From Thermodesulfobacteriota bacterium (GTDB lineage Bacteria > Desulfobacterota > Binatia > Bin18), in NCBI GenBank assembly GCA_964291405.2, contig OZ219926.1:3232001-3296000 (forward strand): a stretch of DNA of 64,000 nucleotides, in the 5' to 3' direction. The translations under genes and the position numbers were made by a program. Under the pieces are notes generated by a model, which made no database searches, had not been told where the DNA came from, and saw only the letters and a program-made list of their open reading frames with translations. Of this stretch, positions 1 to 8,876 are shown piece by piece (position 1 is the stretch's first letter; each line of letters opens with the position of its first letter).

Positions 1-146
1 CTGGCAGCCCACTTGGCCCCGTGCTCAAGCTGGGTCTGGGCCGCTTCTTGACGCAGGTCGTGTACGGTCACCTCGTGTCCAGCCGCAATGATATGTGAGG
101 CCATCGGGCCACCCATATTACCCAAGCCGATAAATCCCACTCGCAT
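1..146 (-). CDS. NAD(P)-dependent oxidoreductase, 3-hydroxyisobutyrate dehydrogenase family (partial, runs off window)
   Basis: Manual translation MRVGFIGLGNMGGPMASHIIAAGHEVTV; GGAGG SD upstream; near-identical to the N-terminus of the adjacent gene. Confidence 0.85.
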   Translation of the reverse strand, partial: MRVGFIGLGNMGGPMASHIIAAGHEVTVHDLRQEAAQTQLEHGAKWAA

Positions 147-174
147 GTCCTTGCCTCCGTTTGCAATTTCGAGA

Positions 175-1077
175 CTAGGCTTTCGGTGCTCGTACAGTTA
201 CGCCAGAACGTTCTTCTTGTAGCGCGAACGGAGCGGTCGAGTCGCGCTCTGCCCAGCCGCGTGCCAGACCTTCGATGAATTCCTGCTCCACGATACTGGC
301 GACTTTGAGTGGCACCTCACACTCACGACCCAGTTCGGTGGCCAAGCCCAAGTCTTTGCGTGCCCCCCGCAGCGCGAAGCGAACAGTGTCGTAGTCGCCT
401 TTGAAGATGACTTCGGGAACCATATAGTTCAGCATCAACCCCTGACCTACCGCCCCATCGGCAACGGCCTTAAGTAACGCTTGGGGTTCAACTCCAGCTT
501 TGACCCCAAGAGTGAACCCCTCGGCCAGGAGAGACTGGAAGCAGATACCAATCATATTGTGAACGATTTTGGCAATCTCACCGCACCCGATTCCGCCCAG
601 GTAAGAGACCTTATCGCCAATCGCGTCAAGAACCGGTTTGACTCGCTCATAGATGGCGTGGTCACCGCCAACCATGACCGCCAGCGTGGCGGCTTGGGCA
701 CCGACCGGCCCACCGCTGACGGGCGCGTCTAACACGTGGACTTTTTTCTCTTGATATACAGCTTGGATTGCCCGGATGAGGGTCGGTGAACTCGTTGACA
801 GGTCGATGTAGACCGAGTCCGGTTGTGCGCCTTGGAGAATGCCGCCCTCGCCCAGTGCCACCGCCTCAACCTCTTTCGGGCCTGGCAGAGAAGTAAAAGT
901 AATTTCACTGCTGGCGGCAACCGCGCGCGGGCTATCGACCCACTCGGCTCCGTGCTGTAAGTGGGGCTGCGCTGCTTCGCGCCGGACATCATACACGGTG
1001 ACGTCATGTCCGGCCGCAATGATATGCGAGGCCATCGGGCCGCCCATATTGCCGAGTCCAATAAATCCTATGCGCAT
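175..1077 (-). CDS. 3-hydroxyisobutyrate dehydrogenase / beta-hydroxyacid dehydrogenase family
   Basis: IGFIGLGNMG Rossmann motif, DAPVSGG, KIVHN; start moved to ATG 1077 after AGGAGG. Confidence 0.9.
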   Translation of the reverse strand: MRIGFIGLGNMGGPMASHIIAAGHDVTVYDVRREAAQPHLQHGAEWVDSPRAVAASSEITFTSLPGPKEVEAVALGEGGILQGAQPDSVYIDLSTSSPTLIRAIQAVYQEKKVHVLDAPVSGGPVGAQAATLAVMVGGDHAIYERVKPVLDAIGDKVSYLGGIGCGEIAKIVHNMIGICFQSLLAEGFTLGVKAGVEPQALLKAVADGAVGQGLMLNYMVPEVIFKGDYDTVRFALRGARKDLGLATELGRECEVPLKVASIVEQEFIEGLARGWAERDSTAPFALQEERSGVTVRAPKA

Positions 1078-1161
1078 GTGATTCCTCCTTTTTGTAAGAG
1101 GGAAGCCCGCCGCCTTCTCCGAGCCGCCTCCCAAGTGAGCTCCGTGGTTGAGGCCCAGCAG

Positions 1162-1584
1162 TCAGGTTTGCTTCGTCCCTACGAGATGGAATTTTGGTAA
1201 CGTAATTTCCGGCGTCACATCATCAAAGGTGACTTCAACCCGCAGACCACAGCCAAGGGCGTCATTCTCGCAATCAACGACTTGGCTAATAATCTGGAGT
1301 CCTTCGTCCAGATCAATAAGCGCGACGTTGTAGGGGATGTCGTCGGCAAAGCCGGGGTGCCATTGCTGATGGTAAATGCCATACGAGTAAATGCTGCCCT
1401 TGCCGCTGAGTTGAACCCAGGCTTGATCCGGGCTGAGACAGTTCGTACAAGCCGGCCCAGGTGGCAAGTGGATATAGCTGCAGGCCGTGCAGCGTTGGGC
1501 AACGAACTCATGGCGTTTGGCGGCTTGCCAATACGGTTCGTTCCATTTTTCGATCACGGGCAGGGGCTTGTTATAGTCGGGCAT
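1162..1584 (-). CDS. Zn-ribbon/OB-fold protein (DUF35, thiolase-associated)
   Basis: CTAC...CTNC zinc ribbon followed by an OB-fold-like region; directly downstream of a thiolase. Confidence 0.88.
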   Translation of the reverse strand: MPDYNKPLPVIEKWNEPYWQAAKRHEFVAQRCTACSYIHLPPGPACTNCLSPDQAWVQLSGKGSIYSYGIYHQQWHPGFADDIPYNVALIDLDEGLQIISQVVDCENDALGCGLRVEVTFDDVTPEITLPKFHLVGTKQT

Positions 1585-1599
1585 GGATCTTTCTCCGGT

Positions 1600-2736
1600 T
1601 TAGCTTCGTAAAATCAATGCGCCGGCATGTTCACGCAAGCCGCCGGTGTACGTACACATGAGGAGTTCCACATCCTTGATCTGCCGCGCGCCGCATTCTC
1701 CTCGCAACTGCCGTACGGCGTCACAGGTGTTTTGCCAGCCGACCATATAGGTTTCAGACAATTGCCCCCCGTTGACGTTCAGCGGGAGTTCGCCGCCCAG
1801 AGCGATACGCCCGTCTTGAATCCAGCGTCCTGATTCACCCCGCGGACAAAATCCGTAATTCTCTAAGGCTGCGATCACTGCCGGGCTGTACGCATCTTGG
1901 ACATATAATGCTTGCATGTCCTGTGGCGTGCAGCCAGCCATATCAAAGACCATCTTGGCGACCGCTTCCTGCTGGAAACTCTGCATCACCAGGTTGGGCG
2001 TTTCATACGCGCGAAAAGCCTCCTGGCGACCCATCCCCCGAATATAGACCGGTGGCTTTCTCAGGTCTGCAGCGCGGTCTGCCGTTGTCAGGATAAAGGC
2101 GTGCCCGCCGTCGGTGATATAGCAATAGTCAAATAATCTGAGGGGCTCCACAATGTAACGGGCACTCATATAATCGTCGAGCGTGATCGGTGTTTGCTGG
2201 ACGGCTTTGGGGTTCAGCCTGGCATGCGCGCGCTGATTAATCGCAATCGTGGCGAGCTGCTCCTCGGTTGTCCCGTACAAATGCATGTGACGCCGAAAGG
2301 CAAATGCAAACGGTCCGGATGGATTAAAGGCGCCGTAGGGTGCGTGTTCTTCGAGCAGGGCCCCACCGAATCTATTCCGATTCGTCTTCTGGTTCGTGCC
2401 GTACACCAGCAGAATGTAATTGGCCATGCCGGCGTTGAGCAGCAGGGCGGCGTGCTGAATCATATAACAGCCTGTTGCCCCCGATGCCTCGACCGCGCCA
2501 CCGACCCTGGGATTGAGACCGAGCATCAGCCCAACTTTGAGATAATCGCCTTGCCTACCATAGCTGGGCTGAACAAATAAACCGTCAATATCGTCTTTTT
2601 TCAGACCACAATCTTCTAACGCTGCCCGCGCCGCCTCTATGGCCAACTCGTCGCCAGTCTTGTCCGGGACCGCGCCTTGTCTGGTATCACCCACACCAAC
2701 AATGCAGACAGTGTCACACAGCTCCTGGAGCCCCAT
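1600..2736 (-). CDS. Thiolase-like protein (SCP2-thiolase/Ltp2 type)
   Basis: IVGVG start, YIVEPLRLFDYC..TDGG, LNVNGGQLSE, AVRQLRGE motifs; start at MGLQELC. Confidence 0.88.
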   Translation of the reverse strand: MGLQELCDTVCIVGVGDTRQGAVPDKTGDELAIEAARAALEDCGLKKDDIDGLFVQPSYGRQGDYLKVGLMLGLNPRVGGAVEASGATGCYMIQHAALLLNAGMANYILLVYGTNQKTNRNRFGGALLEEHAPYGAFNPSGPFAFAFRRHMHLYGTTEEQLATIAINQRAHARLNPKAVQQTPITLDDYMSARYIVEPLRLFDYCYITDGGHAFILTTADRAADLRKPPVYIRGMGRQEAFRAYETPNLVMQSFQQEAVAKMVFDMAGCTPQDMQALYVQDAYSPAVIAALENYGFCPRGESGRWIQDGRIALGGELPLNVNGGQLSETYMVGWQNTCDAVRQLRGECGARQIKDVELLMCTYTGGLREHAGALILRS

Positions 2737-2863
2737 ACGTTGACCCTCCGGCTCGGAGCGTAGTCGAAGTCTGGGGGAGGGTGCAAGGCGTGTGACGCTC
2801 GGACGCTTGACGAAAGCGGACACGGACGGATAAGGCAGGAAGGTCACTCAGGAGGACTTAGTA

Positions 2864-4066
2864 ATGAAAACAATGATTCAAATGGTTCCCTCAATGCCGG
2901 TGCGCTCTAACGAAGAACGGCGTGAGTTGCGCCCTGTCGGACGCAACGTTGAGCGTTATGCCCAGATCGTTGACGGCATGGTCGATATCGTGAAAGCCGC
3001 GGACGAGCTTGGCTATTGGGGTATGAGTTTTATTGAGCATCATTTCCACTCTGAGGGATTTGAGATGCTGCCCACTCCCGGACTGATGAACGCCTGGCTG
3101 GGCCCGTATGCCAAACAGATGCGGATGGGGCAGTTAGGCTATGTCATGGGCACGCAAAATCCGTTGCGCGTCGCCGAAGAGACCGCGGTGCTGGATCATA
3201 TTCTCAAAGGGCGGTTCTTTGTCGGCTTTGCCCGAGGCTATCAGGCGCGTTGGGTCAGAACGCTCGGGCAGCAGTACAACACGCTGCCGACCCTGTCGAA
3301 CCGCGAGTCCGAGCAACAGGCCACGGCTGACGACGTCAACCAACAAATATTTCGTGAGATGGTTACCATTGTCAAAAAAGCCTGGACCGAACCGAGCTTT
3401 TCGTACAATGGCGAGTTCTTCAAAGTACCGTTCCCGCACGAAGGCATCGAAGACTATCCGGCCTATCCGTGTGCCCGGGAGTATGGCGCGCCCGGAGAGA
3501 TTGACGAGCACAACCGCGTCAGTCAGATCAGCGTGGTGCCGGCGCCCTACCAACGGCCACATCCACCCGTCTTTATTAGTTCGTCGGGCAGTGCGGACTC
3601 GGCGCGTTGGTCGGGTGAGCAGGACTTTACCTGTTGCTATTTTGCGCCCATGGCCGGGGCACGTATTCAGGACGCCGCCTACCGGGAAGGCGCGGCCCAG
3701 CGTGGGCAGACACTCAGCCCCGGACAGGGGCAAGGCTTGTTGCGCTTCCTGTATGTCGGCAAGACACGAGAAGCAGCCTACGAAAAAGTGGAAAAATGCA
3801 TCGTGCCGTTTTTCTCGGAATTTGCCTCACACTTCTTTCCGGTTTTACTCAGCGAAGGCAGCGGGTCCATGCTTGAGCGGGTACTCAACACGGGGCTGAT
3901 CGTGGCCGGCACGGTCGATGATGTCAAACGCCAGGTCGCCGAGGTCTATGAGGAGATTCCGTTCGAGTATTTTTCCCTGGTCGCCTACAACGGTCTCGAA
4001 CCCCAAGACCAACTCCTCGAAGACATTGAGCTGTTTGCCACTAAGGTCGCCCCGGCGTTTGCGTAA
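2864..4066 (+). CDS. LLM-class flavin-dependent oxidoreductase
   Basis: EHHFH, PLRVAEETAVLD, GRFFVGFARGY, PYQRPHPP motifs; SD GGAGG. Confidence 0.9.
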   Translation: MKTMIQMVPSMPVRSNEERRELRPVGRNVERYAQIVDGMVDIVKAADELGYWGMSFIEHHFHSEGFEMLPTPGLMNAWLGPYAKQMRMGQLGYVMGTQNPLRVAEETAVLDHILKGRFFVGFARGYQARWVRTLGQQYNTLPTLSNRESEQQATADDVNQQIFREMVTIVKKAWTEPSFSYNGEFFKVPFPHEGIEDYPAYPCAREYGAPGEIDEHNRVSQISVVPAPYQRPHPPVFISSSGSADSARWSGEQDFTCCYFAPMAGARIQDAAYREGAAQRGQTLSPGQGQGLLRFLYVGKTREAAYEKVEKCIVPFFSEFASHFFPVLLSEGSGSMLERVLNTGLIVAGTVDDVKRQVAEVYEEIPFEYFSLVAYNGLEPQDQLLEDIELFATKVAPAFA

Positions 4067-4072
4067 TATCCT

Positions 4073-4103
4073 ATCAGGTCTCTGCGCTTCCACTTCAGTG
4101 AAG
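4073..4103 (+). repeat. 31-bp direct repeat, copy 1
   Basis: ATCAGGTCTCTGCGCTTCCACTTCAGTGAAG, 26/31 identical to 5111-5141. Confidence 0.75.
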
Positions 4104-4120
4104 AAGGAGAAAGCGTTACC

Positions 4121-4972
4121 ATGAAGCCTATCGGTCGGCTTCTCATCTGTATCGTCTTGTTGTGGGCCTGTGTGGGGGTAGGTCCCGTTACGGCAGAGGA
4201 CGTTGATATCGAAAACTGTTTCAGGACTGATCTGACACCCGCAACTCGGTTCGTTGCCTGCCGAGCGGCCGCTGAAGCCGGAAACGTGGATGCGCAGTCC
4301 AATCTCGGCTACATGTATAACGTCGGCCAAGGAGTCCCGCAGGATTATACTGAGGCGGTGCAATGGTATCGCCGAGCTGCTGAAGCCGGAGACGCGGCCG
4401 CGCAGAATAATCTCGGTATCATGTACCATGAGGGCCAAGGTATTACGCAGGACTATACCGAGGCGGCGAAATGGTATCGTCGAGCCGCTGAACAGGGACT
4501 CCCTATCGCGCAGAATAAGCTCGGCCACATGTACTCCGTGGGTCAAGGGGTCCCGGAGGATGATGCTGAGGCGGTGCAATGGTATCGCCGGGCTGCTGAG
4601 CAGGACTACGCGGATGCGCAGTTCAATCTCGGCTACATGTACAACGTCGGCCGAGGGGTCTCGCAGGATTACACCGAGGCGGTGCAATGGTATCGCCGGG
4701 CCGCCGAACAGGGCAATACTGTCGCACAGGCCAATCTCGGCCGCCTCTACGGGAGTGGTCAGGGAGTTTCGCAGGATTACACTTTGGCTCATATGTGGCT
4801 CAATCTCGCTGGGACGAATTTGGAAGATGCGCGTGAACTGCGCGATACCGTTGCAAAGCAAATGACCCCGGCCCAGATCGCCGAAGCCCAGCGCTTGGCA
4901 CGTGAGTGGAACGAGGCGCATAGGGCAGGGACGGATGGTGTGAGTGAAGACCCAGGAACGGAGAACGAGTAA
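4121..4972 (+). CDS. Secreted Sel1-repeat protein
   Basis: Signal peptide and about five 36-aa repeats AQxNLGxMY..GxGVxQDYTEAVQWYRRAAEQG. Confidence 0.95.
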   Translation: MKPIGRLLICIVLLWACVGVGPVTAEDVDIENCFRTDLTPATRFVACRAAAEAGNVDAQSNLGYMYNVGQGVPQDYTEAVQWYRRAAEAGDAAAQNNLGIMYHEGQGITQDYTEAAKWYRRAAEQGLPIAQNKLGHMYSVGQGVPEDDAEAVQWYRRAAEQDYADAQFNLGYMYNVGRGVSQDYTEAVQWYRRAAEQGNTVAQANLGRLYGSGQGVSQDYTLAHMWLNLAGTNLEDARELRDTVAKQMTPAQIAEAQRLAREWNEAHRAGTDGVSEDPGTENE

Positions 4973-5052
4973 AAACAGAGACCGGGATACATCTAAGGAG
5001 TGGGGAATAAGCAAAAACAAGAAAGGGTATGGGGTGGTGGTCGGTCAGTATC

Positions 5053-5081
5053 GTAGGTCGGCCGCACGGAGGCAGCCGACC
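5053..5081 (+). repeat. GTAG-type REP-like palindrome
   Basis: GTAGGTCGGC-CGCACGGAGGCA-GCCGACC: GTAG tetramer followed by a stem-loop. Confidence 0.5.
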
Positions 5082-5110
5082 AGAGCTGTGCCGGAGTTTG
5101 TGTAACCTTC

Positions 5111-5141
5111 ATCAGGTCTCTGCGTTTCTAAGTCGGTGAAG
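5111..5141 (+). repeat. 31-bp direct repeat, copy 2
   Basis: ATCAGGTCTCTGCGTTTCTAAGTCGGTGAAG. Confidence 0.75.
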
Positions 5142-5224
5142 GTGGACTTTGACACCACTATCCGAAGGGTACGAGAAACCTTTAATTGGGAGTTGAAAAT
5201 CTTAAAAACAGGGAGGATCAGACT

Positions 5225-5536
5225 ATGGTGTATGAGATGCGTGTGTATACGCTGCAACCGGGTAAGGTGCCGGAGTTTCAGGCGCTCATAGAAGAAGAAG
5301 GGCTGCCGGTTATCAGCAAATACTCCAAACTGGTCGGCTGGTGGTCAACCGAGGTCGGTCCGTTAAACGAGGTCGTCCACATTTGGGCCTATGAGGACAT
5401 GAATCATCGAGCGCAAGCCCGGGCAGCCCAGGCAGCAGACCCTCAGATGCAAGCGTTCCGTCCCAAGGCACAAGGCATGGTTGTCAGCCAGTACAACAAA
5501 ATTCTGACCCCGGCCAGCTTCTCGCCCCTACAGTAG
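5225..5536 (+). CDS. NIPSNAP family protein
   Basis: YEMRVYTLQPG...GWWSTEVGPLNEVVHIWAY...R motif; SD GGAGG. Confidence 0.9.
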   Translation: MVYEMRVYTLQPGKVPEFQALIEEEGLPVISKYSKLVGWWSTEVGPLNEVVHIWAYEDMNHRAQARAAQAADPQMQAFRPKAQGMVVSQYNKILTPASFSPLQ

Positions 5537-5545
5537 TACTGAGAA

Positions 5546-5568
5546 CGGCCAGGGCATTGCCCTGGCCG
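5546..5568. terminator. GC-rich hairpin between convergent genes
   Basis: CGGCCAGGGCA-T-TGCCCTGGCCG perfect inverted repeat; no clear U-tract. Confidence 0.5.
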
Positions 5569-5634
5569 CCTTACATATAACGCTGGAGAATGTGTTGCAG
5601 ACGATAGTCTGTCAGCATAGGTGGAGAAAAGCGT

Positions 5635-6438
5635 TCAATCGGTCAGGCTCGCAATAAACCCGAGCGTTGCCGCCGCACATTCTTGCGGTAGCGCCGCCGC
5701 GAGATGATAGGCCGCGCTGGGGAGAACCAAAAGCTGAGAGTTCGGAATACGCGTCTGCCAGTCACGCACGGTTTCGACCGAAGCTAGCGCGCTCCGGTCG
5801 CTGGTGATTACCAGGGTTGGGGACTGGATCTGGGGCAGCAGGGCAGTGATGTCCATGTTTCCGACATAGCGAAAGATTCCGGCCATCACCTCGGGTGACG
5901 CCTTGCCCATGGCGCTAATCCACCATTCCTTCATCGCCGGGCTCACATTGCCCAAACGACGATCCATTGTACTGCGTGCCCAGGCTTCGACCCCGTCCTG
6001 TTGGACCTGCGTGAGCCAGGCGTCCGGGTTGAGCGCACTTTTGGAGAGCGTCGCCGGTCCACCAATGACGGTCAGGCTTCTAACACGCTCGGGATAGTCA
6101 TGCGCGAATTGCATGACGACGCTTCCACCGACGCGCTGTCCCACCACGTGAACGGCCGCAATCTCCAGCCGATCGAGCAGAGTCCGGAGGTCTTGGGCAA
6201 AGCCCTGCAGAGACCAGCCATAGTCCGCCGGCGGAATAGAAGAATACCCAAAACCTCTCAGGTCCGGCCGCAGCACCCGAAATTGCCGGGCCAGACGTGG
6301 CACCCAGGCGAACCAGGCCTGGCTCGTATCGGCAACGCCGTGTACGAGGAGAATGGTTTCCGGGACGGTCCAGGGGTCAGTAAAATCGTCGAGTTCGTAG
6401 TACAGATCGAGGGACTCATCGATACGCAGCGTTGGCAT
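5635..6438 (-). CDS. Alpha/beta fold hydrolase
   Basis: LLVHG, PDLRGFG; nucleophile elbow reads GQRVGG (no Ser). Confidence 0.85.
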   Translation of the reverse strand: MPTLRIDESLDLYYELDDFTDPWTVPETILLVHGVADTSQAWFAWVPRLARQFRVLRPDLRGFGYSSIPPADYGWSLQGFAQDLRTLLDRLEIAAVHVVGQRVGGSVVMQFAHDYPERVRSLTVIGGPATLSKSALNPDAWLTQVQQDGVEAWARSTMDRRLGNVSPAMKEWWISAMGKASPEVMAGIFRYVGNMDITALLPQIQSPTLVITSDRSALASVETVRDWQTRIPNSQLLVLPSAAYHLAAALPQECAAATLGFIASLTD

Positions 6439-6467
6439 GCTGTCCTCACGAATCGAGCCGATAGCCG

Positions 6468-7094
6468 CTACAAATTCTTGACCGCCTCTTCGATCATATC
6501 ATCCAACTCCGCGGCCTTTCTTTTTTCCATCTCTGTCCGTTGGGCCAGGATGACGCCCCACGAGTCGCCTTCGTAGCTGTGGAATTTCTCCGCATTCCAC
6601 AGCTCGGCCCGTTTGAACGACTTGGGGCAGTGGAAGTAGCATTCCTCGACTGAGACTTCGATGGCAAGCTGGGCCGGGCGGCCCCGAGCACTGAGTTTTT
6701 CCAGGAGCTGAGGCTCATCGGCAATGCGGGCGCGGCCGTTGACGCGCATGGTCCATTCCTCACCCGGAATGAGAAAGAGCAGGCCAACGTGTGGGTTCTC
6801 CAGAATGTTATTGATGCTCTGGAACATTTTGTTGCCGGCCCGGTCTGGGAGGTAGAGGGTGTGTTTATCTGCGATTTTGATAAAGCCCGGCGGATCGCCC
6901 TTGGGTGAGGCGTCGCACCGCCCCTGGGCGTCTGCCGTTGAGACGATCACAAACGGACACTGCTCAAGAAACCGTGCGGCGGCTTCGTCGATATAGGGCA
7001 GTTTATGCTTGACGGCGAGTTGATCTGGATCGCCAAATCGCTCGGCTAACTCATGCGTATTCTGCGGGACACTCTGGGCCGTTGCTGTGCTCAT
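6468..7094 (-). CDS. Pyridoxamine 5'-phosphate oxidase-like FMN-binding protein (MSMEG_1061 family)
   Basis: DASPKGDPPGF, LPDRAGNK, NPHVGLLFLIPG, YFHCPK; SD AAGGAG. Confidence 0.88.
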   Translation of the reverse strand: MSTATAQSVPQNTHELAERFGDPDQLAVKHKLPYIDEAAARFLEQCPFVIVSTADAQGRCDASPKGDPPGFIKIADKHTLYLPDRAGNKMFQSINNILENPHVGLLFLIPGEEWTMRVNGRARIADEPQLLEKLSARGRPAQLAIEVSVEECYFHCPKSFKRAELWNAEKFHSYEGDSWGVILAQRTEMEKRKAAELDDMIEEAVKNL

Positions 7095-7229
7095 AGTCCT
7101 CTCCTTTTGTGTCAGCCAACTCCTGCGTACGATAGGGCAATTTGCAAGCAGATGCAAAGGATTGTACAAAGGCGGCGCGTACGGGGAAAGAAGCCGGGAG
7201 AGAGACGCGAAAGGGGGCCAGGATTAAGC

Positions 7230-8333
7230 ATGATGAGCCAGGAACAGTACCAGAAGTCTATTCGGCCGCTGGAAGAAAAAATCCTGCTCTTTTTGCGAAC
7301 GTTTGATGACGTTCAGGAGAATATGCACTTCGGCAAGATCCCGGAGGCGCAGGGACGAGTGAGAGACACTCTTGGTGATTTTTTTGAAACCGCACTCTCC
7401 AGTGTTACCAGCCTCGAACCGTCCGAAGAACTCGCCGAGTTTCATGCAGCCTTCTGTGCCGCGCTGACTCATCTTAACAATTGCAGCACAACTTTTCTTG
7501 GCGGAGCGCCGGGGCCAAATTTTGGCGGCGCGTTTGTCAACAGTCGCTTCTCGCTGTGTCGAGGACTGGATCTCTTATATAACCACCGCGCTCATCTCTC
7601 GACGCTCTACCAGTACTGGCTGTTGCCGGAGGCCGAGTCCCAGCGCGACGCCTTGGAGACGCGGGCTGACGGTGTGGCGGTGCCGGTCGGCATGATCCAT
7701 CAGCCGCAGACCGAGGAACATGCCGAATACTCGCTATACGTCCCGGAATACTACAGCCCCGACAAAGCCTGGCCCCTCATCGTTTGTCTTCACGGTGGAT
7801 ATGGCCGGGGTGATGATTACATCTGGACGTGGCTTCGTGCCGCCAAGAGCAAAGGTTATCTGCTGCTGTCGCCAAAATCCTTAGGGCCGACGTGGTCCGT
7901 CCTGCAACCGCCGGTTGACAGCCGGTCCATCCGGGCCATGTTTGACACGGTGTGTGAGACTTACCAGGTTGATCGTTCGCGGGTGTATCTGTCCGGTCTC
8001 TCTGACGGTGGGACCTATACCTATCTGCTGGGGCTGGATCAGGCCGAACTCTTTACCGGGATAGCGCCCATTGCGGGCGAACTGAGCCCCGCCACGGATG
8101 GCATGCTGCGACAGAAGCGAGGCATCAACGTGCCGATTCATGTGATTCACGGTGTGCATGACTTCATCTTTCCGGTTGAAGCCATTCGCTCATCGAATGA
8201 ACTGCTCGAACACATCGGCTACAAGGTGAAGTACACCGAGCTGCCCGACTGGAGCCATGCTTTGACCTACACCATCAATGAGACCCTGGTGCTGCCGTGG
8301 TTTGAAGGTTTGGAACCAAAAGAACAAAGCTAA
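7230..8333 (+). CDS. Esterase/phospholipase (PHB depolymerase-like) with an N-terminal extension
   Basis: PLIVCLHGG, YLSGLSDGG nucleophile elbow, HGVHD, WSH. Confidence 0.8.
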   Translation: MMSQEQYQKSIRPLEEKILLFLRTFDDVQENMHFGKIPEAQGRVRDTLGDFFETALSSVTSLEPSEELAEFHAAFCAALTHLNNCSTTFLGGAPGPNFGGAFVNSRFSLCRGLDLLYNHRAHLSTLYQYWLLPEAESQRDALETRADGVAVPVGMIHQPQTEEHAEYSLYVPEYYSPDKAWPLIVCLHGGYGRGDDYIWTWLRAAKSKGYLLLSPKSLGPTWSVLQPPVDSRSIRAMFDTVCETYQVDRSRVYLSGLSDGGTYTYLLGLDQAELFTGIAPIAGELSPATDGMLRQKRGINVPIHVIHGVHDFIFPVEAIRSSNELLEHIGYKVKYTELPDWSHALTYTINETLVLPWFEGLEPKEQS

Positions 8334-8346
8334 AAGGGAGGAGACA

Positions 8347-8832
8347 ATGTCTCAGGATATCGAAGCCCGTTTGCAGGCACTGGAAGCAAAGATTCAGGAT
8401 TTGAGTGACCGTGAAGCCGTCCGCTCGCTACGGTTTCGTTACCACGAGTGCATCAACGAGGGGGAACTGGAAGCTATCCCCGACCTGTTCACTGAGGATG
8501 CTATCCTCGATTTTGACTATCTGGGCAAAGCCACCGGCCGGGCCGAGTTGACAAAGTTTTTTCAAGGAGTCGAAAATCTGTTGTCTTTTGTCAAACAGTT
8601 TATGCATAACCACGCGGTTGAGGTGCAGGGGGATACGGGCAAGGGCTATGCCTACCTCGAAGCAAAGACCATCTCAAAAGGGGAGGCGTATTTCGTGGCC
8701 GCTCGCTATGACGACGAGTATGTCAGGCAGAATGGCGAGTGGAAGTTTAAGAAGATGTCGCTCACCCCGTATTTTACCGTGCCTTTCAAAGAGGGCTGGG
8801 CGCAAGAGAATCGGCTCAAGATGGGGAGATAG
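8347..8832 (+). CDS. SnoaL-like / NTF2 family protein
   Basis: DREAVR.LRFRY...DLFTEDA, HNHAVEV, YDDEYVRQNGEWKF. Confidence 0.85.
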   Translation: MSQDIEARLQALEAKIQDLSDREAVRSLRFRYHECINEGELEAIPDLFTEDAILDFDYLGKATGRAELTKFFQGVENLLSFVKQFMHNHAVEVQGDTGKGYAYLEAKTISKGEAYFVAARYDDEYVRQNGEWKFKKMSLTPYFTVPFKEGWAQENRLKMGR

Positions 8833-8876
8833 CAATCCCGACGTATAACGAAAACAACATCCCTCAGGAGGTAACC

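Noticed and set aside
4300-4800. 108-bp periodic repeats resembling an array or CRISPR
   Set aside because: In-frame Sel1 coding repeats with no unique spacers; no CRISPR array or cas gene seen in the window
3845-5020. 391-aa minus-strand ORF
   Set aside because: Antisense shadow of the Sel1 repeats
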